Shown here in pieces: positions 24,736-35,872 of a stretch of 64,000 nt of DNA. Numbering within the stretch: the stretch's first letter is position 1; each line of letters starts with the position of its first letter. The notes under the pieces are model-generated. The model was not told where the DNA came from. It worked only from the letters and a program-made list of their open reading frames with translations, and ran no database searches. The DNA lies in assembly GCA_951406725.2 (NCBI GenBank), contig OX597814.1, forward strand, positions 97,650,001-97,714,000. Direction: 5' to 3'. The position numbers were made by a program, and so were the translations under genes. The stretch comes from Octopus vulgaris (lineage: Eukaryota).

Positions 24736-25166
24736 GGATCCTTTCGGTTTGAACGGCAGTTTTTAAAAATAATTTCCACGTAACTAAACACTTTTAAACT
24801 TCGTATACTGATAGAATGTGTTTATAAAACATCTTTTTCTCTTGGCTTTATTGAGAAAATTCTATAGTTTGTAAGATATTTGTTGTTTTCTCTTCAATTT
24901 CTGCAATTTCAACCAATGAATGGCGTCTGTTGAGGTGAAAACATTCTGTGCCGTATAAATATGTCCCTCGTTTAAGAAACAGATTGGGTTTATTTACGTT
25001 TCTGAAGAAAAAAAGATACCCTTCCCCCCACTCCAAACCCTAACCCTAACTAACCCTAACCCTGAAACAGATTGAAATGCAATAGATCGATACTAGGGTC
25101 ATAATTATGGGTGACAATTTCATATGACACCGCTAGAAAAAACTGCCGTTCAAACCGAAAAGATTC
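24736..25166. mobile_element. MITE with ~29-bp TIRs and 8-bp TSD, containing (CCCTAA)n
   Basis: TIR ggatcctttcggtttgaacggcagttttt; TSD CAAATTAA at 24728-24735 and 25167-25174. Confidence 0.9.
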
Positions 25167-28100
25167 CAAATTAAAAAGGCAAAAATTAAATATTAGGAAA
25201 ATAATATGAAAGTTACCAAAATATTCACAGATAATTTGTATTTATATAGTGTGTCGATGACGTATTATTCTCAGCTTGCGTATTTCATCTCACAATCAAT
25301 GAAAAACTATCGAAATTGTCTTTCCGAGCAAAACGCGGATTTTGATTGTTCAAAATATAATTCAAGTGCTAAAATTCCGTTACGAAAGAATTCGTAATTA
25401 TTTTTTATACAATGAAAAGATATTTGGGTGTTTACGCATGAGGCGAAAAGAGTTTAACTTACTAAATTACATACACACACAGAAAGACATACACTCACAG
25501 ATATATGCACACACAGACATATGCAGACAGATAGATATATACACACACAGACATACACACATGTTTTATGCATACATACACACAAACTCAAATTCCGACT
25601 CACGTGTATATGTGTACGTGTATCAGTGAATACTCATGTGTGCCTGTGCTTCTACGTGTGTGTGAATATTTGTGTATACATATGTATGTGTATGTATATT
25701 TGTGTGTGTATGCTCGTGTGTGTGTGTTTGTGCATGCTTGTGTGAGCGTGTGCGCGCACGCGCGAATGTTCCCAGAAAGCCATGCTATGCCGAATAACAA
25801 TTGGCTTTGATGACATCTTTCTCCCAAAACATTAGAATGTGTATAGCCCATAATAAATATAGGTAGCAGAGTCCATTCAGAAATAATGAACTTCAACATT
25901 TTCATATATTCAAAAGATACAGGAACAATTTATGCCATATTCCTAATTGGGAATAATCACTACTGTCCAAGGAAATCAGTGACAGCAAGTAGATCAATTC
26001 AATAAAATATCTGAAACAAAATACATTGGATACTTGTCTGCCATTATAAAATTAATGGCGATGATTTCACGTTACATTTTCTTTTCTCTCGCGACACTTT
26101 AATACAATTCATCTAAAATATTTTACTGAACGGATTTAGACTTTGGTTGCTTGAGCCTATATCATTAATTATTCTTAATAACAAGATACCAAGACAGCGA
26201 GCTGACAGAATCATAGAGCGTCGGGAAAAAATGCTTTGTGGCATTTCTTCGTCTTTTTACTTTCTGAGTTCAAATTATACCGAGTCTGACTTTGCAGTTC
26301 ATTCTTTCAAGGTCAATATCATAAGTACCAGTTGAACAGTAGGATCGTTGTAATCGACTTACTCGCTTCCCTAAAACTGTTAGCCTTGTGTTAAAATATT
26401 TGAAATCATTCTTTATAAGACACATGACATATCAAATGCCCCATCCAGCTAAGAGACAGAAAAATACTTAAGACTTTTACAATCTGATGAAAATTTTTTA
26501 GTAGTTATGTTATTATAAATTAGCAATATTAACTGTATCATTAAGGCGGCGAGATGGCGGAGCCGTTAGCATGTCAGGCAAAATGCTTAGCGGCATTTCG
26601 TTCGTCTTTACGTTCTGTGTTCAAGTCTACCGAAGTTGACTTTGACTTTCATTCTTTCGGGGTCGATAAAATAAGTACCAATCGAGCACTTACTCCCTCC
26701 TCCGAAATTGCTGGCCTTATGCCAAAATTTGAAACCAGTATTATCTGTATCGTTGATAACAACATTACCTCGAACACTAAATAGCAGAATGATGCATTAT
26801 CTTCGTGTGAGACATATTGTAGTAAAAGCACTATACAAAACAAAAAAGCAAAAACAAAAAAAATACTTAACATCAATGAAAATACAAACGAATTTTATAT
26901 CTACAAGACGTGCTCGTAATTTAAACGAAAAGAAAAAGATTTTTGCAAGACTACCTACTTAATTGAAACTAAAGTGCCTGATTTGTCCTCTAAGACAATG
27001 AACAAATGACATTACAGTTGCTGAGGTCACCTTCTCATCAGTTGTGGCTGTCTCGTCTAAGACTGCAGGGAAGAATATCTACGATAATTTACTCCTAACA
27101 TTTACTACTTTTTTCTTCTTTTTATATATATATATATGTTTAAAACAACTATGGCTCTCTAAGAAATATCATAATGGATTCTAAACATCTGAGTAGCTAA
27201 CCAAACAATTGAAAAATGACGTTGAAGCCTATGTATAATACAGACATGCATACATACATACACACACACACATATCATATCATATATTATATTATATCAT
27301 ATTATATTATATTATATTATATTACATACCAGCGATCTGTGCTCTCAGACATAAAATTAAACGAAAGTAAGTTATAAAATTTATGCTACTTTGTGCTTCA
27401 AAAGAGAAATATCGTGGCAGTTAAAAGTGAAAACTAGAACTTAAAGAGTACGAAAGAATAAATGTATTGTTATAACTTTAGACTGTAATAGTAGGTACTT
27501 TTGGAACGGGAAAAATTGAGTAATATTGTAAAGAATTGTAGGATTCTTTGGTGAGGTTTCTGTCGTAAACAACAGAAGATTGTTATTCAAGGCAGAGTAA
27601 ATTACAAGAAAAATAGTGTAAATATAATACGGCATAAGTTTTATTCTCTTTATGAAATCATCAGAAAGCAAGGACATCCTATTGAAAATTTTGTCAGCGT
27701 AAACTCAGCTTCAGTTAACTTTGAAAATGCGATGAAGAGTGGAACATACTGTTAAAACATCGATAAGACATTTTTGTTTGGTTGATTTTATTTGTTATAA
27801 ATATCGCGTGATTAATTTACGGATCTGATAAGTTTTATGGTTCTTGTTTCAGATTATTTTCCCCTCCAAGATAACCGGCGGTGATTGAAAGGTATTGCGT
27901 GACTGAAATAATAGCGCTAAGCAGATAGAGTCAAGGTGTATATTCTGAAAATTTGGAAAATATCTCTTTGACAGTTTTTGGTCTTTCTTCAAACACGTTA
28001 GCAGTGCACATTAATAAATTAGCTTGAACGATGAACTGAAGAACTATATTTTCCCTACCCTTCACTAAAAAATAACACAGAGCTAAGCTGCCACTCTCAC

Positions 28101-28560
28101 AAAAATGCAGAGCCTTATAATTTCTGGTGGCTTTGTTTGACGAATATACATTTATACTATAGGCAACGGTATACTACAAGGACTGAATAACATTTTCAGA
28201 GCTACAAAATACTTCAGGCTTGAATGTATAACTCATCCTGTTACAAATATACTTTAATTTACATTTCTACCCATATATTTTGGAAGAGGCACATTCTAGT
28301 CTGCAACTACAAAAAGGCATAGCCATCATCGTAATAAGTAAACCGTTATTTACCAATAATTCGAAACCACTAAACCAGCCGATATGTTTTCTCTTCTTTC
28401 AGTTTTTTCTCTATCACTAATACAATGATCTGAAAAATGCGAACCGATTAAACCCTACCGAAATTGCTTAATGTGCGTGCTTTCTCACTTGTACTCATAC
28501 TTCTCAGACTCCACACTGATCTCTTTACTTTATTTGAGCTTTTCGGAACCCACACACGCA

Positions 28561-28649
<89 letters not shown>

Positions 28650-29434
28650 AAACTATAAGCGCCTAAACATCCTGAATCAATCTCTGCTACTATTCAATAG
28701 TTGAGAGCGACCTGAAATGGCCATGGGTACTTATCTGTGTCACTGGACGAGCATTATAATTCTTTTTACTTCATAAGACCTGAAATTTTGGGAAAAGGGG
28801 ATAGTCGATTACACTGACCCCAGTGCTCAACTGTATCTTAGTTATCGATCTCGAAAGGATGGAAGATAAAGTAGACCTCTGCAGAGAACTCAAAACGTGA
28901 AGACGGAAGAAATGCTGCAATGCATTTTGTCCAGCGTGCTAGCGATTCTACCAACTCACTACCTTAACAATAATAACTACTTCTACTATAGGAACAGAGA
29001 ATGGAATATTTGTGGATGGAAATTAGTCGATTACATCGCCCTCAGTGCTCAACTAGTACATTTACCGACCTCGAAAGGTTGAAAGGTAAAGACGACTTCG
29101 GCGGAATTTGAACTCAGAACGTAAAGACGGACGAAATACTGCTAAGCATTTTGTCCGGAATGCTAACGAATCCACCAGCTCTTGGACTAGCTTAAATGTA
29201 CAGGTCACTATAATTAACACGCTTTCTTTGTAGGTTTAAAGACTAGTCGATATCGCCTAGTCAAGAATCATTAATAAAAGGATCATTATTTTCAAAAGAA
29301 ATATTTAATTAAAAACTTAACATAACTCAGGCAAAATGCCCATGGACGTTTTGATATGCGTGTTTCAAACTGCTTAGGTTTAATATTAACTGATTATATT
29401 CGATGTTATAGAATGTAAAATATCTGAAACTTAC

Positions 29435-29576
29435 CCACAAACATAATGGTATTGTTGAATCGAAGCAGCCACAATGGATCCAATTTGTAATTGGCTTCCA
29501 ATGTTGCCAAGTTGTTGGTCTAAGCATCTACTTGCCATGGCACTTGTTTGCACAGAACTACAAACATTGCTGCATT
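29435..29576 (-). CDS. Coding exon 2 (E-CSNVCSSVQTSAMASRCLDQQLGNIGSQLQIGSIVAASIQQYHYVC-G)
   Basis: Acceptor tttgtttatttcag|, donor TGG|gtaagt. 142 nt, phase 1->2, open frame. Confidence 0.9.
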
Positions 29577-30324
29577 CTGAAATAAACAAAAAATTCGAAA
29601 AAAATACTTTAATGACTAAACTGAAATTAATAAATATGGCGTATGACTGTATAAGATAATCTGTTGATAAATAAAAGCTTTCGCTTGAAGATCAATCTTT
29701 GAAGATCGTCTTAATCAATAAAGATATCAGCCGAGGACAGGCTATAGGTTTTAACTGATATTAATTGTCATAAACTTTATTATTATCGGTCTTCGAAAAT
29801 TACTTACATTGGCATGTATGTGTGTGATACGTTTGCATATATATCTCTCCATCAAAAGTCTAGGAATGAAGACAGTATTTATAACATTAAAAAGTTCGTC
29901 AATCGATAACAAAAGACAAAGTATTTAGAATAATTATGTATGTGCGTGTGCGTGTGCGTATGTATGTATATTCAGTGTATTCATTCGAAGCTAATTATTG
30001 CGATCATTTTGAAGCAAATCCTTGAATCCTTTTTCAGTAAAAAAAACAGGTGATAGCATTTCATGAACCATTAATTTTGTTACCAATAACCGTTTGATAA
30101 TATTATCAGAGACACTTTCTGAGATTATAATAGTGGCTTCCACTCATATATATATATATAGATATATATACACACATATGCTACTAATAAAACTACATTA
30201 ATACTTCACATATTTGCCAACATTTGACATAAAAGAATAATCACTTGATTAAATATATTACAATTTCTTTCCACCTTTATGAAATATCTTGTTTAACAAC
30301 AAAAAAAAAGTCCAAATTACTTAC

Positions 30325-30373
30325 CAGCATTAATCAATATCGAAAACAAAATTGCAAAATATCTTAACCACAT
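30325..30373 (-). CDS. Coding exon 1 of unannotated secreted Cys-rich protein gene (signal peptide MWLRYFAILFSILINA)
   Basis: ATG at 30373 followed by a hydrophobic stretch. Strong donor GCTG|gtaagt, phase 1, matches exon 2. Confidence 0.85.
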
Positions 30374-30659
30374 GTCGATCTTCAAAATATCCAAAAATAT
30401 ATATAGAATTCAAAACGTTGCAGTCATAAGAAAAGTGATCTGGATATATTAAAAATGTTGACAACTAGTGATGCATACCATAAAAGGGAAATTCTCTGTA
30501 ATATATGACGTAAGAAGATTCCAAATTCTGGTTGGTTATTAAAATCTGAAGAGTCCATTTCTTCATATAGGGATGTTGAAACAATAGATTGATTTCCACA
30601 ATGAAAATAGATAATAAACAGTAATTTTAAAGTTATTACTTTTGGCTTTAAACTCTTAC

Positions 30660-30780
30660 CTACATTCTATAAATATGTTGAATTTCTAAAAGTAATTCAT
30701 AACAATGATGTCAAGATCAGAGAACAATATTTAAGGAACGCATCTTTAAAAACAATGGCTCCCGGATGTTCCGAGTTTTC
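30660..30780 (-). other. Candidate non-coding 5' UTR exon of the Cys-rich gene
   Basis: Strong donor TAG|gtaaga at 30659; possible acceptor ttttgaag| 6 nt before the ATG. The 5' boundary is a guess. Confidence 0.35.
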
Positions 30781-31030
30781 AATAGACACTGTTTTCTCTG
30801 CATTATAATATCAGAATTATAACAAATATATATATATATATATATATCTTTCATAAATAAATCACAGAGTATTAAGCTATTTGCTTTAAGCTTTCAGTCA
30901 ACTGAATCATTATAACATTGACATAAGGCCACAATTTTGAACGGATACAAAGAACTGAATCGACCAGAGTGCTTTATTAGTATTTATTTTATCGTCATTG
31001 GAGGATTGAAATGCCAGATCAGCCCCGAAA

Positions 31031-31650
31031 CATTTTGTACTGAAAGCGTAATGGGATTAACAAACAATTATTATTTGCTTTCAGTAGGTTGTATATCACG
31101 GGTCACCATCTCAGTCTTTTGTTTCTTCTCCTTATACATTACTCTATTTTTATAAATCTTCCCAATTCTTGATATTATTTCATCCCGTTTTACGCTTCCT
31201 CTGCCTCTCTTTCCATTGATTTTCGCCTTTTAACAATTGTCATCATAAAGACTATGAGTCGAAGGCAAAAAAGGCCATGTTTTCTAATCAAGTTTCTAAA
31301 AGAGTTTAGTTTTCTCTTTTTGATGGTATTCAATATACCATCTTTTTGAAATTCATAATAGATTTTGTGTTCTATCCATGATATTCTTAAGTGTCTTCTA
31401 ATATACCCATATTCAAAGACTTGTAATTTATTTGATAGTATTTTTGTTTCATAACATTTTAAAAACCTACTTCTCTTAAGGCAACGAACGAGCTGACAGA
31501 ATCGTTGAAACGTCGGGCAAAATGCTTAGCAGCATTTCGTCCGTCCTTATATTCTGAGTTCAAATTCCGCCGGGGTCGACTTTGCCTTTCATCCTTTCGG
31601 GGTCGATAAATTAAATACCGATTGAGCTCTGGAGTCGATGTAATCGACTT
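31031..31650. repeat. ~620-bp segment duplicated in inverted orientation at 36800-37417
   Basis: Collinear reverse-complement match spanning a decayed RTE 3' fragment and the adjoining SINE. Confidence 0.85.
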
Positions 31651-31757
31651 ACCCCTATCCCCGCCTCGGAAACTACTGGCCTTGTGCTAAAATTTGAAAC
31701 CAATGTTAATGTCACTTAATATTGGTATATTTGATATTTTTTCATATAATTTTCTAG

Positions 31758-31906
31758 CTCAGACATGAGCAACCTTTTCCGAGAGGCAGGCTGCATGAGA
31801 CATGACTCGTCATGAGACTTGAGGCACTACTAAAAACAACTGAAAGTCATTTTTCGTTGGAGAGCCATTCAGAAAGTCGGGCCGCAGGTCACAATTTGCC
31901 CAAGGC
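31758..31906 (+). mobile_element. hAT (Charlie-like) MITE remnant; related end at ~51215-51282(-)
   Basis: CAGaCATGaGCAAC ... TTGCCCAaGgCT termini. Confidence 0.5.
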
Positions 31907-32233
31907 TATTCTAGCTATTTCATTCTTTCATTTGATTTTTTTCTTTTTGCATTCCCGTTTTATGATTGGATGTGTCTTATTGCAAAATATTTTAATTAAA
32001 TACTACAAAATATATGTTTAATCGATTCTTTGTTATTTCTGGAACTTCCTCCCACCAGCAATACCACCACTATCTTTAAAAGGAAGATGAATCTACTAAT
32101 GGGAATCAAACGACACGTCTTAAACTTACTGAATAAATTTACAACCATTTACATCGTATTGTATATTCGTGAAAACAATTATCGCAGAAATATCAAAATG
32201 TTCATTCTTGAAGATATAGCTACAGTAATTCAT

Positions 32234-32234
<1 letters not shown>

Positions 32235-32309
<75 letters not shown>

Positions 32310-32350
32310 GCTGCTGCTACTACTACTGCTTCGTCGTCGTCATCATCATT
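32235..32350. repeat. Compound trinucleotide repeat (TAC/TGC/CGT/CAT)
   Basis: Direct inspection. Similar tracts at 20833-20895 and 34629-34762; (CT)n at 28564-28646; (TA)/(GA) at 40183-40295; (GT)n at 15108-15166 and 48954-49070; (TATC)n at ~49695-49860. Confidence 0.95.
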
Positions 32351-32581
32351 TCATCGTCTCATATCATCATCATCGACACAGACAACGACTCTCACTACCG
32401 CCACCATTAAATATAGAAATAGGTCTATGTAAATGGAGTTTTTAACACTCGGGGATTCTAAACAAAATGGCCACCTGCTACAGGAAACGCATACTCTATA
32501 TTTCAATTTCCAGTTATCATTCTTTATTTCTAGATCATTTTTTGTGTCGTTTTTAAGGACTAAAAGTTGTTTTAAACATTA

Positions 32582-34314
32582 CACTGCTCAACAAGTATTT
32601 TCATCAAGCATATGTCAAGGTGTACTTAGTGTAGTTTTTAATGCTGTTTTTTGACATCATGTACAGTTTTCAAAATGAGGAAGTGTTTTGGATTTAGCGC
32701 ATGCATTATCTAGAAATTACAATTAATGACGTGTTTGCATGTATTTCATTTACATCATGGAAACATACCTTTAAAATAAACTACATTATTCATTGCTGCA
32801 TATTTCAGATACAATATTTCATCATCTTAAATTAACCAATCAAGTTTTGTCTGAAATAGGTATTTCAACATCTCAAATTGTCCAGTCAGAATTGATCTGA
32901 TGAAATATTTCATCAGCTCAAATTCAATATAAGTATAATCGTTTGTATCTATTTCCTTATTTGTTTTACAGTGTTAAAAATGTCAAGTCAGTGTAGAAAT
33001 CGTGCTGATGTGTTATTTTGTCATGTCGGTGGACAATTTATTGTGAAAGCTCCAAAACGTACAATAACACCAGAGATCAAGAAGATGTATAAGCTATATT
33101 TTGGCTGTTCTCTTGCAGATCAGGATAAGTTATGAGCACCACATTTTATCTGCTCAACTTGCTCAAATAGCTTACGTAACTGGTTCAATAATAAAAAGAA
33201 GTCCATGCCTTTTGCCATTCCAATGATATTGAGGGAGCCAAAAGACCATTCTAATGACTGTTATTTCTGCAAAGTAAATTTTTACTTCATGTCAACGCCT
33301 ATAAAAGATACTCATAGAAAATATGTGGAGATTTAAAAGTCATTGGAATGTTGATGGGAATGCAGTCAGGTTTCACAAAATACTGTTGTTTCTCGTGTCT
33401 ATGAGATAGTCGGGCAACTGACAGACATTATTCGGAATCAAATTGGCAGGCAAGAATATCATACCAGCCAGGACTGTCTAGCATCAAGAATACACCTCTT
33501 GTAGATCTATGTAATGTCCTATTGCCTCTTTTGCACATAAAGCTTGGACTGATGAAACAGTTTGTAAAAACAATAGGGAAGAGAAATGCCAGAGAGTTTG
33601 AGTACATTTTAGAAAAGTTTTCCAAAATCTCACAGGCGAAGTTGAAAGAGAATATCTTTGTCGGACCACAAATTAGAAAAGTACTCAAAGATGTCAACTT
33701 CAAGACAACACTGGATGAACTGGAACTGCCTCTCTGGAGTGCTTTCAATAGGATCTGTGAGAATTTCTTGGGCAACAAGAAGGCAATGGACATCAAGAAT
33801 CTTCTAAAATGTTATTCAGCAATGGGTTGTCGCACGTCACTGAAAGTTCACTTCTTGGATTCTATCTGGACTTCTTCGCAGATAACATTGGAGCAGTGTC
33901 TGATGAACATGGGGAAAGATTTCACCAAGACATTAGTGCTATGGAGAATGACAGTATGCTGGCTGACTACTGCTGGACACTTTACCGTGATCAACCAGAT
34001 CAGAAACACTGCAGGAAACCCAAATCACAATGTTTCTAACTCTGTTGTTATAACTTTGTTTTGTCTGAACCAATTTTTGTAGAATGATTTTTAACTCAGT
34101 AAACTTATTTACTTTCTAAAAATAATCTGTCCTTATTCATTACGTTAATGATTTCATATACACAAATATGTAAATATTTGCTAGTATCTACTGAAAAACT
34201 GATATGTGCTGCATACAAATGGAGTGAAATTTTGAAATCAGAATGAAAAATTAGTCTAAAAATGTTGGTTTGCATTCATAATGAGTATAATACATTTAAT
34301 TTTGTTGACCAGTG
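32582..34314 (+). mobile_element. Chapaev3-like (CMC) DNA transposon with decayed transposase
   Basis: TIRs CACTG(c/g)TCAACAA; 3-bp TSD TTA. Motifs DQDK, REPKDHSNDCYFC, LHIKLGLMKQFVK, IFVGPQIR, AVSDEHGERFHQDI. Stops, frameshifts and internal deletion. Confidence 0.85.
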
Positions 34315-34369
34315 TTATTTACATATTTAAAACTTTTTATCCGCACAACGTCATATTATACCCAAAAGA

Positions 34370-34602
34370 GGGCAGCGAGCTGGCAGAAACGTTAGCACGC
34401 CGGGCGAAATGCGTAGCCGTATTTCGTCTGCCGCTATGTTCTGAGTTCAAATTCCGCCGAGGTCGACTTTGCCTTTCATCCTTTCGGGGTCGATAAAGTA
34501 AGTACCAGTTACGCATTGGAGTCGATGTAATCGACTTAATCCGTTTGTCTGTCCTTGTTTGTCCTTTCTGTGTTTAGCCCTTTGTGGGCAATAAAGAAAT
34601 AG
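34370..34602 (+). mobile_element. SINE family A, young copy
   Basis: 17-bp TSD ATATTATACCCAAAAGA. Confidence 0.92.
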
Positions 34603-34722
34603 ATATTATACCCAAAAGAATACATAGGGTGGTGGTATTAGTGGTGGTAGTGGTGGCGGTGGTGGTGGTGGTGGTGATGGTGGTGGTGGTGGTGGTGGTG
34701 GTCGTCGTCGTCGTCGTCGTCA

Positions 34723-34759
<37 letters not shown>

Positions 34760-34879
34760 AGTAAGGGTATATGAAAACAAGGTTCGGGTAGACCACGAGT
34801 GGAGGACACATGAAAGTGCTTGGTTGGGGTTAAGATCATAAAATCTTTACACAAGAAGTAGATTCGAATCATGCACAAG

Positions 34880-34979
<100 letters not shown>

Positions 34980-35760
34980 GAAATTCGGGGTGAGTACTTG
35001 ATAATTATAAGCACCTGTGTATACCGTTTGGTGGTGTAGGTGGTGGAGTAAATTGTTCAAAATAAAATAAAAACATGATGCGAAGGATTCAGCGGTACAT
35101 ATGTTTCGGGCCTTTATTAGACAGATTTATAACATTGCATAATGTATGTCTGTGGCCTTCTTCAGCCGCGCACAACAGCTTCCACAAGGACATGTGTTAC
35201 ATCAAAAATTCTTGGTTGGGGATGCAAATCCTCTCATTCACGTACGACATAATGCGGCAGCAGCATAGAATTGAAGCGTCCATCTCTTTCTTCTCTCAAT
35301 GTAGAATGAGGAAACTTGGATGTTGAGGTAATGTAATGTAAATAAATAAATACATATATAGAGGTGAAGATGGAGGGGCGAGAGTTCGGGACGAGGGATA
35401 AAAAATGTATAAAAAGTGTAAGTATAGAATAATATAAAAATGTAGAGGATAAAGATATAAAGAGTTGTAAGGAGATGTAAAGGGGGTATAAAGAAATATA
35501 AAGAAATATAAATAAATGTAAAGGCATAAGGCTATAAAGTAAAAATAGAAATAGAAATAAAAGTTAAAAAACCTGATAAAATCATGATAAAAGTGTAAAA
35601 GAATGTAAAGATAAGGGATGTATAGAGGTTACGGACCAAGCATGGTGGTCATGAGATTGATAAAATTTAGTTGTAGAATTGTCAGTAAATCAACAGTTTC
35701 GTCTGGGGACTTAATGCGTTGTAAATCAGAGCTGATGAGCATTTAATCTGGTTCCTTGAA
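34980..35760 (-). mobile_element. Penelope-like non-autonomous element, linear copy next to (TA)n
   Basis: 34980-35307 matches 16160-16482 in reverse; continues as a strand-biased purine-rich tract. Confidence 0.75.
35092..35169 (-). ncRNA. Type I hammerhead ribozyme (family 1), third copy
   Basis: Same core and stems; one change in the stem II loop. Confidence 0.8.
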
Positions 35761-35837
35761 TTAAATGGACTTCTAGTACATACATATCATCATGGATACA
35801 TACACCCACATACACGCGTACGTATACGCCTCCAAGC

Positions 35838-35872
<35 letters not shown>

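Noticed and set aside
25600-25905. MKMLKFIISEW.. ORF with signal-peptide-like start
   Set aside because: No suitable donor, runs into microsatellite, and is not needed for the gene model.
30330-30345. FRY.D-like motif suggesting Penelope RT
   Set aside because: Better explained as the signal-peptide exon read in another frame.
35690-35725. GUC-CCCA-GAC-GAAAC on the minus strand
   Set aside because: No CUGANGA upstream; at best a dead hammerhead relic.
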